Below, piece after piece: positions 17,861-26,965 of a stretch of DNA of 64,000 nt (positions are counted from its first letter, which is position 1; the number at the start of each line of letters is the position of its first letter). The notes under the pieces are model-generated. The model had not been told where the DNA came from, ran no database searches, and worked only from the letters and a program-made list of their open reading frames with translations. Origin of the DNA: an uncultured Gemmatimonadales bacterium (lineage in GTDB: Bacteria; Gemmatimonadota; Gemmatimonadetes; Gemmatimonadales; GWC2-71-9). The stretch is taken from NCBI GenBank assembly GCA_963817575.1, contig CAWFOY010000001.1, positions 44,548 to 108,547 on the forward strand, given 5' to 3'. Both the position numbers and the translations under genes were made by a program.

Positions 17861-18565
17861 CTATTCGTGCGACGCGAGAAACCGCTGCCACAGATCCGGC
17901 CGCCGCTCCCGCGTGAGCCGCTCCGCCTGATCCTGCCGCCACGCCGCGATCTTCGCGTGGTCGCCGGAACGCAAGATCTCCGGCACATCCCATCCCCGGA
18001 ACTCGGGGGGCCTGGTGTAGCTCGGCGGGCTCAGCAGCCCGTCGTAGTGCGAATCCGTGCTGGCCGATTCGTGGTCGCCGAGCGCGCCCGGCAACAGCCG
18101 CACGACCGCATCGAGAACACACAGCGCGGCCGGCTCGCCGCCGCTCAGGACGAAATCGCCGAGCGAGATCTCCTCGGTGGCGAGATGCTCCGCCACCCGC
18201 TCGTCCACGTCCTTGTAGTGCCCGCAGAGGAGCGTGAGATCGCGGCCCACCGCGTACCGCACGGCATCCCGGTGTTCGAACCGCCGGCCCCTAGCCGAGA
18301 GGAGGACCACCGGCCCGCTCAGCGAGCCCAGAGACTCCACCGCCTCGAAACACGGCTCCGGCTTGAGCACCATCCCGGCCCCACCCCCGTAGGGGTAGTC
18401 GTCGACGGTGTGGTGCCGGTCGTGCGTGAAGTCCCGGAGCTGCACCAGCCGGAACTCGACCCGCCCTTCCTCTCGCGCCCTGCCGACGATGCTCAGGTCG
18501 AGCCAGGGTTGGAACGCTTCCGGGAACAACGTCACCACGTTGATCCGAAGCGGCGCCTCACCCAT
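17861..18565 (-). CDS. trmD: tRNA (guanine37-N1)-methyltransferase
   Basis: The motifs [26 protein letters not shown] and [13 protein letters not shown] are present. Confidence 0.93.
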   Translation of the reverse strand: MGEAPLRINVVTLFPEAFQPWLDLSIVGRAREEGRVEFRLVQLRDFTHDRHHTVDDYPYGGGAGMVLKPEPCFEAVESLGSLSGPVVLLSARGRRFEHRDAVRYAVGRDLTLLCGHYKDVDERVAEHLATEEISLGDFVLSGGEPAALCVLDAVVRLLPGALGDHESASTDSHYDGLLSPPSYTRPPEFRGWDVPEILRSGDHAKIAAWRQDQAERLTRERRPDLWQRFLASHE

Positions 18566-19088
18566 CCATCAGCCCTTCCGGCGGCGCGATGACCAGCCGC
18601 CTGGCATCCCGGTCGACCTCCAGCACGAATTCCTTTCTGTACGGCAGCAGGAACTCCCGCTTCGGGCCCTGGACCTCGATGGCCACGCCGGCCGGCAGCT
18701 CGTACACATCGGTGACGAGTCCGATCGCGGTGCCATCCTCGAGCCGCACGGCGAACCCGGCGAGCTCGTGCAGGTAGACTTCCCCTTCCGCCAGTGGAGT
18801 CGCCTGTTCCGCCGGCATCCCGAAGAAGCCGCCCCGGAATCCTTCGAGACCGTCGCGGTGGTCCACTCCGCGGAACTTCAGCAGCCACTCGCGGTGATAG
18901 CCCCGGCTCCGCTCGATTTCCAGCGGCCCGCCGGTCACTTCACCCGCCAGGTCGAGCACCAGCAGCGCGCGTCCGGGCGCGAACACCGACTCGGGCGTGT
19001 CGGTGAGGGGGTAAATCGTGCACTCCCCCTTGAGCCCGTGCGGCTTGCGGAACCGCCCGACCACCAGGTGGCGGGCGCCCCCGGACAT
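18558..19088 (-). CDS. rimM: 16S rRNA processing protein RimM
   Basis: The N-terminus reads [14 protein letters not shown], and the gene sits in the conserved rpsP-rimM-trmD order. Confidence 0.88.
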   Translation of the reverse strand: MSGGARHLVVGRFRKPHGLKGECTIYPLTDTPESVFAPGRALLVLDLAGEVTGGPLEIERSRGYHREWLLKFRGVDHRDGLEGFRGGFFGMPAEQATPLAEGEVYLHELAGFAVRLEDGTAIGLVTDVYELPAGVAIEVQGPKREFLLPYRKEFVLEVDRDARRLVIAPPEGLMDG

Positions 19089-19090
19089 CG

Positions 19091-19354
19091 TCAGGCCGTC
19101 GCGGCCTTGAACACGCCGGCCTTCTTGAGCAGTGACTGCACCGTCTCGGACGGCGTCGCGCCCTTCGCCAGCCAGGCCTTCGCCTTCACGGCGTCCACGG
19201 TCACCTGGGCCTTTTCAGACTTGGCCTTGGGATCGTAGGTGCCGATGATGTCGATGAACCGGCCATCGCGCGGGGCCTCCTTGTCGGCCACCACGATGCG
19301 GTACAGCGGGAGCTTCTTCCGCCCGACGCGGCGGAGGCGAATGCGAGTTGCCAT
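19091..19354 (-). CDS. rpsP: 30S ribosomal protein S16
   Basis: The sequence begins MATRIRLRRVGRKKLPLYRIVVAD. An SD sequence (AGGAAGAGAC) lies upstream of the ATG. Confidence 0.95.
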   Translation of the reverse strand: MATRIRLRRVGRKKLPLYRIVVADKEAPRDGRFIDIIGTYDPKAKSEKAQVTVDAVKAKAWLAKGATPSETVQSLLKKAGVFKAATA

Positions 19355-19377
19355 GTCTCTTCCTGTTGTGTGCGTGC

Positions 19378-20709
19378 TCAGCCCGGGAAACCGCGCCCGA
19401 ATGGCAGCCGGGCTCCCGGCTTGCCGGCCACCTTCATGAATTTCTGCATCTGCTTGAACTGCGCCAGCAACTGATTGACTTCCTGCACCGTCCGGCCGCT
19501 GCCCCGCGCGATCCGCGCGCGCCGCGAGCCGTTGATCAGATCCGGATCCTGCCGTTCCTTCGGCGTCATCGAGAGCACGATCGCCTCGACGTGCCGAAGC
19601 TTGTCGTCGCCGATGTTCGCCTGCTTGAGCGCCTGCGCATTCACGCCCGGCAGCAGCCCCAGCACGTTCTTGAGCGGCCCCATCTTCTGCATCTGGCGCA
19701 TCGCCGAGAGGAAATCCTGGAAATCCAGGCCCCGCTTGGAGGTCGCCTTCTTCGCGAGCCGCTCGGCCTCGCCCTCGTCCACCGCGGCCTGGGCCTTCTC
19801 CACCAGCGTCAGCACGTCGCCCTGCTGGAGAATGCGCCCCGCCATCCGCTCCGGAATGAACGGCTCGAGGGCGTCGAGCTTTTCGCCCACGCCGACATAC
19901 TTGATCGGCGCCTTCGTCACCCCGTAGATCGACAGCGCGGCACCGCCACGGGCGTCGCCGTCCATCTTGGTGAGAATCACGCCGGTGATGCCGAGCGCCT
20001 CGTGGAAGCCGCGTGCAATGCGCACCGCGTCCTGACCGGTCATGCCGTCGGCCACCAGCAGGATCTCGTGCGGCCGGACCGCGTCCTTGAGCCGCGTGAG
20101 CTCCGCCATCATGTCGGCGTCGATCTGGAGCCGGCCGGCGGTGTCCACCAGAACCGTCCGCGCCCGGGCCTTCCCTGCGGCCTCGATGCCGCGGCGGACA
20201 ATGCCGGCCACGTCGGTCACGCCGGGCTCCGCGTGCACGCCGACACCCGCCTGCCCCGCGACCGTCACCAGCTGGTCCACCGCCGCCGGCCGGTAGACGT
20301 CCGCCGCGACGAGGAACGGCGCCTTCTGTTCGAGCTTGAGGCGCTTCGCGAGCTTGCCCGCCGTCGTGGTCTTGCCGGAGCCCTGCAGTCCCACCAGAAG
20401 AATCACGGTCGGGGGCACCGACGCGAATACAATCGGCGCCTGCTTTTCGCCGAGCAGCGCCACCAGCTCGTCATAGACGATCTTGACGACCTGCTGCCCC
20501 GGACGAACCGACTTGAGCGCCTCGGTCCCGACCGCCTTGGCCTGCACCCGCTCGAGGAATTCGCGGGTCAACTCGAAGCTGACATCGGCCTCGAGGAGCA
20601 CCCGCCGGACCTCGCGCAGCCCTTCCTTGACGGCATCCTCGGTCAGGACTCCGCGGCCCGCGAGGCGCTGCAGCGTAGCCGAGAGTTTGGAGGATAGCTC
20701 GTCGAACAT
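19378..20709 (-). CDS. ffh: Signal recognition particle protein Ffh
   Basis: 443-aa ORF with the NG domain motifs GLQGSGKTTTAGKLA, DTAGR and LTKMDGDARGG, plus a Met-rich M domain. Confidence 0.95.
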   Translation of the reverse strand: MFDELSSKLSATLQRLAGRGVLTEDAVKEGLREVRRVLLEADVSFELTREFLERVQAKAVGTEALKSVRPGQQVVKIVYDELVALLGEKQAPIVFASVPPTVILLVGLQGSGKTTTAGKLAKRLKLEQKAPFLVAADVYRPAAVDQLVTVAGQAGVGVHAEPGVTDVAGIVRRGIEAAGKARARTVLVDTAGRLQIDADMMAELTRLKDAVRPHEILLVADGMTGQDAVRIARGFHEALGITGVILTKMDGDARGGAALSIYGVTKAPIKYVGVGEKLDALEPFIPERMAGRILQQGDVLTLVEKAQAAVDEGEAERLAKKATSKRGLDFQDFLSAMRQMQKMGPLKNVLGLLPGVNAQALKQANIGDDKLRHVEAIVLSMTPKERQDPDLINGSRRARIARGSGRTVQEVNQLLAQFKQMQKFMKVAGKPGARLPFGRGFPG

Positions 20710-20738
20710 AAGCCAAGGAACTTAAACGAGATACGACC

Positions 20739-20838
20739 GATGGGCAAGGCAGATGGGCAGATGGGCAGATGGGCAGTGGGCAGATGGGCAGACGGGCAGA
20801 TGGGCAGATGGGCAGATGGGCAGATCGGCGGGTCGGCG
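20739..20838. repeat. Octamer array, about 12 units of GGGCAGAT with one 7-nt unit
   Basis: Read directly from the sequence. It lies between the ffh start and the 3' end of the four-helix-bundle gene. The orientation is G-rich on the plus strand. Confidence 0.95.
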
Positions 20839-20886
20839 AGGTGAGAGCGGAGCCCTCGCTGCGTCAACCGATGCACGCTGCGGGCG

Positions 20887-21225
20887 TTATTGTTTGGCCA
20901 GCTTTGGGGCCGAAGTTAGTTCGCCCTGGACCGCGCGATTCAACCCCCAGGTCAGGCGACCAGCATGGTCCCTGAGCGCCTCGACCTCGCCCCATTCGGC
21001 CCGATCGAGATAGCCTAAGTCCAATGCGAGCTTCAGATAGTACGAGACTTCAGCCAGCGAACCGAGCGCCACGTCGATGAACCTCCGGAACTCACGGGAT
21101 CCCCGCTTGGCCGACCCTTCAGCCAGATTGGCCGGAGCAGAGACAGCTGCCCGACGTAGCTGCGATACGAGACCGAGGCGCTCGTCAGTCGGCCACGTCG
21201 AGGTGAGGCGATAGACTGCAAGCAC
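20887..21225 (-). CDS. Four-helix-bundle protein (23S rRNA intervening-sequence protein / Avd-like family)
   Basis: 112-aa ORF with a GTG start. The motifs GLVSQLRRAAVSAPANLAEG and REFRRFIDVALGSLAEVSYYL match this family as I recall it. The N-terminus may be slightly short. Confidence 0.75.
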   Translation of the reverse strand: MLAVYRLTSTWPTDERLGLVSQLRRAAVSAPANLAEGSAKRGSREFRRFIDVALGSLAEVSYYLKLALDLGYLDRAEWGEVEALRDHAGRLTWGLNRAVQGELTSAPKLAKQ

Positions 21226-21370
21226 AGACCTGATGGCATGCCTGCCACGCCCGGAGGCTCTCGTAGCGTTTCGTGTCCAGCGGCGATCCGACCGGGGTGG
21301 CCATCGCTTGAATCTCGGAGGCTCTGCCAGCCGTCAGATAACCGATTCGCCGCGAGCGGTAATGCGGTTA

Positions 21371-21409
21371 CCGCCCATCTGCCCATCCGCCCATCCGCCC
21401 ATCTATACT
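21371..21409. repeat. Octamer array (CCGCCCAT/CTGCCCAT x4), inverted relative to 20739-20838
   Basis: Read directly from the sequence. It ends in catcTATACT, 5 nt before ATG 21415. Confidence 0.9.
21404..21409 (+). promoter_or_regulatory. -10-like TATACT 5 nt before the DUF445 gene ATG
   Basis: The context is TATACT-ccgcc-ATG with no SD sequence. This is the closest match to TATAAT among the five cases. Confidence 0.35.
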
Positions 21410-21414
21410 CCGCC

Positions 21415-22977
21415 ATGGATTCTCCCACCCTGATCTCCGCCCTCCTCACCATCGCCGTAGGCGCTGTCGCGGGCGGCATCACGAACGCGGTGGCGATCTG
21501 GATGCTGTTCCATCCCTATGAATTGCGCGGGATCGGGCCGTTCCGGATCCAGGGCGCGATCCCCAAGAACAAGGCGCGGCTGGCCAGGAGCATCGGGAAG
21601 ACCGTTGGAGAGAAGCTCCTCACCGCGGAGGACCTGTCGCGGCGGCTCGCCGCGCCGGAGGTGCGGGCGGGATTCGACGCCGCGCTCTCCGGATTCCTCG
21701 ATGACCTCCTCGAACAGGAGCGCGGCCCCCTCCTCGACCAGCTGCCTCCCGACCTCGCAGCCCAGATCGAGGCCGGAGTGGACCGGCTGGCGGCGCGGGC
21801 AACGGAGCATCTCGCCGAGTACGCCGCCACGCCGGCATTCGCCGCAACGGTCGCAACCTGGCTCGACCGGTTGCGTACGGAGATCGGCGATCGCCCGATC
21901 GGGGAGCTGTTGACGCCGGACCGCCGCGCGTCACTTCAGGCGACGGTGGAGAGCTGGCTGCACGACCTCACCGAGGGGCCGGAGCTGGAAGCGGCGGTTC
22001 GTCATTTTGTCGAGATGCAGCTCGAGCGGCTTGGCAAGGACGATCGCCCGCTGATCGACCGGCTGCCGATCGGGCTGGTGGGCACGGTCGAGCAGTCCAT
22101 CCACGACTACCTGCCGGTGGCGATCGAGCGCATCGGCGCAGTGCTCGCCGATCCCGAGGCCAAGGGGAAGATCCATCAGGCTCTCCGGACCACCTTTGAC
22201 CGCTCCGTCCGCGATTTGCTGCTCCACGAGCGCCTGCTCGCCCGCATCGTGGTGACCGACCAGACCTTCACCCGCCTCCTGGACGGCCTCGAGCGCGAGG
22301 GGTTCGAGCGATTCGCCGAGTCGCTCTCGGCCCCGGACATGCGCGCCCAGTTGACCCGCGCCGTCAACGACGGGCTGGTGCACTTCCTCCGCATTCCGCT
22401 TAGCGAGCGGCTGGCGCGCATGGGTCCCGAGAAGCGCGCCGCCCTGGCCGGCACCCTGGGCGACTGGGGTATCGCGATCGTCCGGGACGAAACGACCCGG
22501 CGGGTCGCCGGCCGCGCGGTGGACCGCCTGCTTGCCGCGACGGAGCGTCGGACGTGGAACGACCTCCTCGGCAACGTGCCGCCGGAGCGCATTGCGAAAC
22601 TCCTCGCCGAGGCGCTCGCCGCGGACCGAGGGCGCCGGTGGGTCGAGGAGGCCGTGCGAAGCACGGCTCACGCGGTGCTCGCGCGCCCGGTCGGGCGTCC
22701 CTCGCGCTGGCTGGGCGCCGAGACGACCGGAGCCGTTCGGACGAGCATCATCCGCGCGGCATGGGAGTGGACCCACCGGCAGATCCCCCGCGTGGTGGAG
22801 CAATTCAACGTACAGGAGATGGTGGAGCACAAGGTGCTTGGCTTCTCCACCGAGCGGATGGAGCAGATCATCCGGGGCGTCACGCAGCGGGAGCTGACGC
22901 TGATCGTGCAGCTGGGGTACGTGCTCGGAGCGATTGTCGGCGTGGTGGCGTTCGGAGTGGGGTTGTTGTTCAGGTAG
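21415..22977 (+). CDS. DUF445 family membrane-anchored protein
   Basis: The N-terminal GGITNAVAIWMLFHP motif and a long helical body are present. I prefer ATG 21415 because the track start at 21238 reads through the repeat array. Confidence 0.75.
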   Translation: MDSPTLISALLTIAVGAVAGGITNAVAIWMLFHPYELRGIGPFRIQGAIPKNKARLARSIGKTVGEKLLTAEDLSRRLAAPEVRAGFDAALSGFLDDLLEQERGPLLDQLPPDLAAQIEAGVDRLAARATEHLAEYAATPAFAATVATWLDRLRTEIGDRPIGELLTPDRRASLQATVESWLHDLTEGPELEAAVRHFVEMQLERLGKDDRPLIDRLPIGLVGTVEQSIHDYLPVAIERIGAVLADPEAKGKIHQALRTTFDRSVRDLLLHERLLARIVVTDQTFTRLLDGLEREGFERFAESLSAPDMRAQLTRAVNDGLVHFLRIPLSERLARMGPEKRAALAGTLGDWGIAIVRDETTRRVAGRAVDRLLAATERRTWNDLLGNVPPERIAKLLAEALAADRGRRWVEEAVRSTAHAVLARPVGRPSRWLGAETTGAVRTSIIRAAWEWTHRQIPRVVEQFNVQEMVEHKVLGFSTERMEQIIRGVTQRELTLIVQLGYVLGAIVGVVAFGVGLLFR

Positions 22978-22985
22978 GATGGCCA

Positions 22986-23014
22986 GCCGAAGCTACTGTC
23001 CGCCTGTCCGCCTC
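22986..23014. repeat. Core GCCGAAGCTACTG + (TCCGCCTG)x2
   Basis: This is the third copy of the conserved core with an attached CGCCTGTC-type array, just after the DUF445 stop. Confidence 0.7.
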
Positions 23015-23128
23015 GCGCGTAGCACTGCTCCTGCCGGCGGTGAGATGGTGACGCCACGAGTTGGTCCTGCCCTACCGTGGAGGTGGCGCGCGGCGGGTGC
23101 CGGGCGCGTCATCACCATCGGAGGTCGC

Positions 23129-23419
23129 ATGGGGCTCTTCCCGCTGCCAGGGAACGTGGAGGCCGATCTCGAAACTGCGGCACGCGTCGCGGATGCGCTG
23201 GCCGATGCCGTGGCGCGCGGACCGCGGCACTCGCTGATCGTTGCCCGATCCTATACCGAGGAGGAGGTGACGCTCGGCCTCGCCTTCCTGGCGCGCGTCA
23301 TCGAGATCGCCGCGATGTCCCAACGGGCGCTCGCCGATGTGCAGCGTGAACGAACGCGGGAACGCGCACGCCTCGGGGAGCCGCTTCCGATGACCTCCCC
23401 CCGCGCCCCCTTCAATTGA
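23129..23419 (+). CDS. Hypothetical protein (96 aa)
   Basis: ATG 23129 has GGAGG 5 nt upstream. I recognise no family. Confidence 0.45.
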   Translation: MGLFPLPGNVEADLETAARVADALADAVARGPRHSLIVARSYTEEEVTLGLAFLARVIEIAAMSQRALADVQRERTRERARLGEPLPMTSPRAPFN

Positions 23420-24623
23420 GCCCCGCCCACCCCTCCCATCGCTCTGGTGCCACCACGACGCGAACGCCCGGGTGGCCCATCACTCCAAGCGCGCGGACTT
23501 CGGTGCGGTAGCCCGGGCGGGAGCGGGCCGCCAGGCGTGCACCCGCCCCTGTGCGAAAGCGTTCTGCGGCGCGCGCATCGTCCCACGCCGTGAGCCACAC
23601 GAGCGCGGGACCCGCATCCGACCGGTACAGCCGGTAGCGGTCGCCTGCCCAGCCGATGGGCACGGTCGTACTCACGACGTCGGCCCCGGAGAGCTCCGCC
23701 TCGAGGATGCGGATCTCGAGCTCGCCGAGGACATCGCTCTCACCGGGACGGGCACCGGAATCGGCCGGCGGAAGGTCGACCGGCGCGTCTCCCGCGGCAT
23801 ATCGCGACGGATGCAGCACCTGCTCCGTCGAGACCGGCATCGCCGAGCCGAACGGGGGCGGCTCTCCCGGATGCTCGCGGGCCCACCATCGCATGAAGGA
23901 CGCACCCGACACATACGGGAACAGGAGGCCCTCCTGAATGATCCTCGGGGCTCTCGCGAATACGGCCATCGAGCCCCGGGCGGCACTCACCTGCTCCCTG
24001 AACAGCTCCCAGACGGCGTCGTCCGCGAGGAGATCCTGTCCCGGCATCATCATGCGCATCGACGCGAGGGTGGCCTGCCCTTCCAGCACCGCCTGCGCGG
24101 CGGCGAGGCGGTCATTGTTCCACCGCTGCTTCATGATGGAGTCGAGCGGGAGGTACTGGTGCTGCAGCGCGTGGACCAGCTCGTGGGCGACCACAAACCG
24201 GAGCTCGGGAGACCGGGGATCGCTCTCCGCGAGTACGAACAGCATGCCCGAGTCCGGTTCGTAGAACCCGGCGACCTGCTCCTCATAGAGCGACATGAGG
24301 AGTTGCTGCAGGTCCAGCGAATCCGGAATCAGGCCGAGGAGCCGATAGGTGTCCCGCATGGCGGCAAGCCGCTCGGGCGGGAGTTCCTGCGCGATCTTGG
24401 CCACCAGGTAGGCCCGAACCTGTGCGCGGGATCGCGTGGCGAACCGCGGCGGTTGTTTGAAGGGCAGGCCGGTCGCGCGCTCAACAGACGGACGGAGGCT
24501 GTCCACCAGCCGGGCGATCGGATCGGCCGCGGCATCCTGGGCGCGGCCGCGGCAGGCCGCGCCGGCCAGTAGTAGGCCCGCGAAGGCGAGCCCCCTCAGA
24601 ATCCGAGGTAGTGTCGATACCAT
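23412..24623 (-). CDS. Putative secreted zinc metalloprotease (HExxH)
   Basis: 403 aa counted from ATG 24623, with a signal peptide (MVSTLPRILRGLAFAGLLLAGAAC). The motif VAHELVHALQH is present. The track ORF (to 25358) is an out-of-frame read-through across pilD. Confidence 0.65.
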   Translation of the reverse strand: MVSTLPRILRGLAFAGLLLAGAACRGRAQDAAADPIARLVDSLRPSVERATGLPFKQPPRFATRSRAQVRAYLVAKIAQELPPERLAAMRDTYRLLGLIPDSLDLQQLLMSLYEEQVAGFYEPDSGMLFVLAESDPRSPELRFVVAHELVHALQHQYLPLDSIMKQRWNNDRLAAAQAVLEGQATLASMRMMMPGQDLLADDAVWELFREQVSAARGSMAVFARAPRIIQEGLLFPYVSGASFMRWWAREHPGEPPPFGSAMPVSTEQVLHPSRYAAGDAPVDLPPADSGARPGESDVLGELEIRILEAELSGADVVSTTVPIGWAGDRYRLYRSDAGPALVWLTAWDDARAAERFRTGAGARLAARSRPGYRTEVRALGVMGHPGVRVVVAPERWEGWAGLN

Positions 24624-25369
24624 GTGATGATCGCGGGGCCCACGAGCCAGGCGGCGGCTCCGCCAATGGAGAGGAAGACGCCAAAGGGGACCTGTTTCTT
24701 CCGTCCCAGCAGCGTCAGGGGCAGGAAGATCATCGTGCCGAGCAGGGCGCCGAGGAAAATGGTCAGCAGCACGCCCGGCCATCCGACAAACGCGCCGACC
24801 ATCGCCATCATCTTGATATCCCCACCGCCCATCGCCTCCTCCTTCAGCGCCAGCGTGCCGACGAAGCCGACGAGCCAGAGGAGCCCGAATCCCACCGCAG
24901 CGCCGATCAGGGCCTGAATCGGGCCGATGCCCATTCCCCCCGGCAGGCTGAGCACGATGCCCAGCACGAGGCCGCCCCAGGTGAATTCGTCGGGAATGAT
25001 GTACTCCCGGGCGTCGGTGAGGGCGATGCCGAGGAGCAGCGTGAAGTAGATCGCACCGCGGACCGCCTCGAGCTCCCACGGGTGGCGCCACGCCATGCCG
25101 GCCCAGATCAACGCGGTCAGGAGCTCGACCGCGGGGTAAAGAAACGAGATTGGCTCGTCGCAATGGCGGCACCGCCCCCGGAGTACGAGCCAGGACACGA
25201 TCGGGATGTTGTCGTACCAGGCGATCGGCCGCTCGCATCGCGGGCAGCGGGACCGGGGCCGAACCACCGACTGGTTGGCCGGAAGCCGTATGATGCAAAC
25301 GTTGAGGAAGCTTCCCAGGATCGCGCCGAGGAGCGCCGCCAACCCGATGACCAGCCACTCATCGTTCAC
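24596..25369 (-). CDS. pilD: Type IV prepilin leader peptidase / N-methyltransferase (A24 family)
   Basis: The N-terminal CPRC..CRHC zinc motif is present, followed by a polytopic body with GGGDIKMMA. Confidence 0.85.
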   Translation of the reverse strand: MNDEWLVIGLAALLGAILGSFLNVCIIRLPANQSVVRPRSRCPRCERPIAWYDNIPIVSWLVLRGRCRHCDEPISFLYPAVELLTALIWAGMAWRHPWELEAVRGAIYFTLLLGIALTDAREYIIPDEFTWGGLVLGIVLSLPGGMGIGPIQALIGAAVGFGLLWLVGFVGTLALKEEAMGGGDIKMMAMVGAFVGWPGVLLTIFLGALLGTMIFLPLTLLGRKKQVPFGVFLSIGGAAAWLVGPAIITWYRHYLGF

Positions 25370-26126
25370 GCGTCACCTCATAGAGGAGGATCCCCGCGGC
25401 CACGGCGACGTTCAGTGACTCGACGCCGGCGGCGAGCGGAATGGCGACCCGCCGCCCCGCGACCTGGTCGAGCTCGGCACGGACTCCCGCGCCCTCGTTC
25501 CCGAGCACGAGCGCCACCGGGGCGGTGGGCCGCTGCCTGCCCAGCGGTTCCCCTGCGGCGTCGGTCACCCAGATGCTCGCGCCGCACTTCCGGACCCAGG
25601 TGAGGAAGGTCGCATCGTCGGCGGAGACGGCCGGCAGGCGGAACAGGGCGCCCATGCTGCCGCGGAGCACCTTCGGATTGGTCAGTTCGGCGGTGCCCTT
25701 GAGCGCGATGACCGCGCGCGCGCCCAGCGCCTGCGCGGTGCGGGTGATGGTGCCGACATTGCCGGGATCCTGCACCGCATCGAGCACCACGACGACTTCC
25801 CCCGGAGCGGGGTGGACGTCGTCGAGCGACCAATGACGCGGCTCGATCACGCCGATTACCCCCTGCGGATGCTCGGTGTCGGCCAGCTCCGCCAGCTCGC
25901 GGTCGTCCACCTCGGTGAGCGGCACTCCGGCCCGGGTGAGCGCGCCCTTGAGTGCCGCTCCGCGCGCGGTAGCTTCCAGCGCGGGCGATACCGCGGCATG
26001 GCGAATGCCGACGCCGGCGGCGAGCGCCTCCTCGAGGAGTCGCACCCCCTCCGCGAGCGCAAGTCCCCGGCGCTCCCGCCCCCGGCGGAGACGAAGATCC
26101 CTGATAAGCGTCTGCACGGCAGCCAC
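25359..26126 (-). CDS. TrmH/SpoU family RNA 2'-O-methyltransferase
   Basis: The SpoU motifs VQDPGNVGTITRTA, LVLGNEGAGV and IPLAAGVESLNVAVAAGILLYE are present. I chose GTG 26126 as the start because the track start at 26306 overlaps thiD. Confidence 0.82.
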   Translation of the reverse strand: MAAVQTLIRDLRLRRGRERRGLALAEGVRLLEEALAAGVGIRHAAVSPALEATARGAALKGALTRAGVPLTEVDDRELAELADTEHPQGVIGVIEPRHWSLDDVHPAPGEVVVVLDAVQDPGNVGTITRTAQALGARAVIALKGTAELTNPKVLRGSMGALFRLPAVSADDATFLTWVRKCGASIWVTDAAGEPLGRQRPTAPVALVLGNEGAGVRAELDQVAGRRVAIPLAAGVESLNVAVAAGILLYEVTRER

Positions 26127-26153
26127 GTGACGCGATCCCTTCCCAGGCGGACG

Positions 26154-26942
26154 ATGAAGATTGCTCTGACGATTGCCGGTTCCGATTCCGGCGGCGGCGC
26201 CGGCATTCAAGCCGACCTCAAGACGTTCCACCAGTTCGGCGTCTACGGGACCTCGGTCATCGTGGCACTCACGGCCCAGAATACACGGGGCGTGCGGGCC
26301 GTGCACGCCGTGCCCGAGGCGATGGTCGCCGAGCAGATCGCCGCGCTCGCCGAGGACCTGCCCCCGGCGGCCCTCAAGTCAGGGATGCTCGCGACGCCGG
26401 CGCTCGTGCGGCAGATCGCCGCGGCGATCCGGGCGCTCCGCTGGGGGCCGTACGTGCTGGATCCGGTGATGGCCGCGTCCTCGGGCGACCGGCTGCTCAC
26501 TGCGGATGCCGAGCAACTCGTCCGCGACGAGCTGGTGCCGCTGGCCGCCCTGGTCACCCCGAATCTCGGCGAGGCCGCCATTCTCACCGGCATGGCCGTC
26601 GGGAGCCCGGACGCGATGGAGCGCGCGGGACATCGCCTGCTCGAGCTCGGAGCCGCCGCCGCGCTGGTGAAGGGCGGTCACCTCCCGAGTGATGAACTCG
26701 AGGATGTTCTCGTGACGCCCGGCTTCGTCCGCCGGTACCGCCACCCGCGCGTGGCGACGACCTCCACTCACGGAACCGGCTGCACGCTCTCGGCCGCAGT
26801 CACCGCCGGCCTGGCCCTTGGCCGGGACCTCGAAACGGCCGTGACTGATGCACTCGATTTCGTGCATCGCGCGCTGCTCGCCGCGCCGGGCCTCGGCGGC
26901 GGCCACGGACCGCTCGGGCACCACGTGCCGGCGCGCGCGTAG
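26154..26942 (+). CDS. thiD: Hydroxymethylpyrimidine/phosphomethylpyrimidine kinase
   Basis: The sequence begins MKIALTIAGSDSGGGAGIQADLKTF, and the C-terminal motif THGTGCTLSAA is present. Confidence 0.92.
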   Translation: MKIALTIAGSDSGGGAGIQADLKTFHQFGVYGTSVIVALTAQNTRGVRAVHAVPEAMVAEQIAALAEDLPPAALKSGMLATPALVRQIAAAIRALRWGPYVLDPVMAASSGDRLLTADAEQLVRDELVPLAALVTPNLGEAAILTGMAVGSPDAMERAGHRLLELGAAAALVKGGHLPSDELEDVLVTPGFVRRYRHPRVATTSTHGTGCTLSAAVTAGLALGRDLETAVTDALDFVHRALLAAPGLGGGHGPLGHHVPARA

Positions 26943-26965
26943 GGGCGCACCGCGGTGCGCCCCTA
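26940..26965. terminator. 26-bp perfect palindrome spanning both convergent stop codons (bidirectional hairpin)
   Basis: The sequence is TAGGGGCGCACCG|CGGTGCGCCCCTA. The thiD TAG and the PNP stop (cta on the plus strand) form the two ends. There is no U-tract. Confidence 0.6.

Noticed and set aside
26127-26153. TPP riboswitch upstream of thiD
   Set aside because: Only 27 nt separate thiD from the divergent TrmH-family gene start. That is too short for a THI-box element of about 100 nt.
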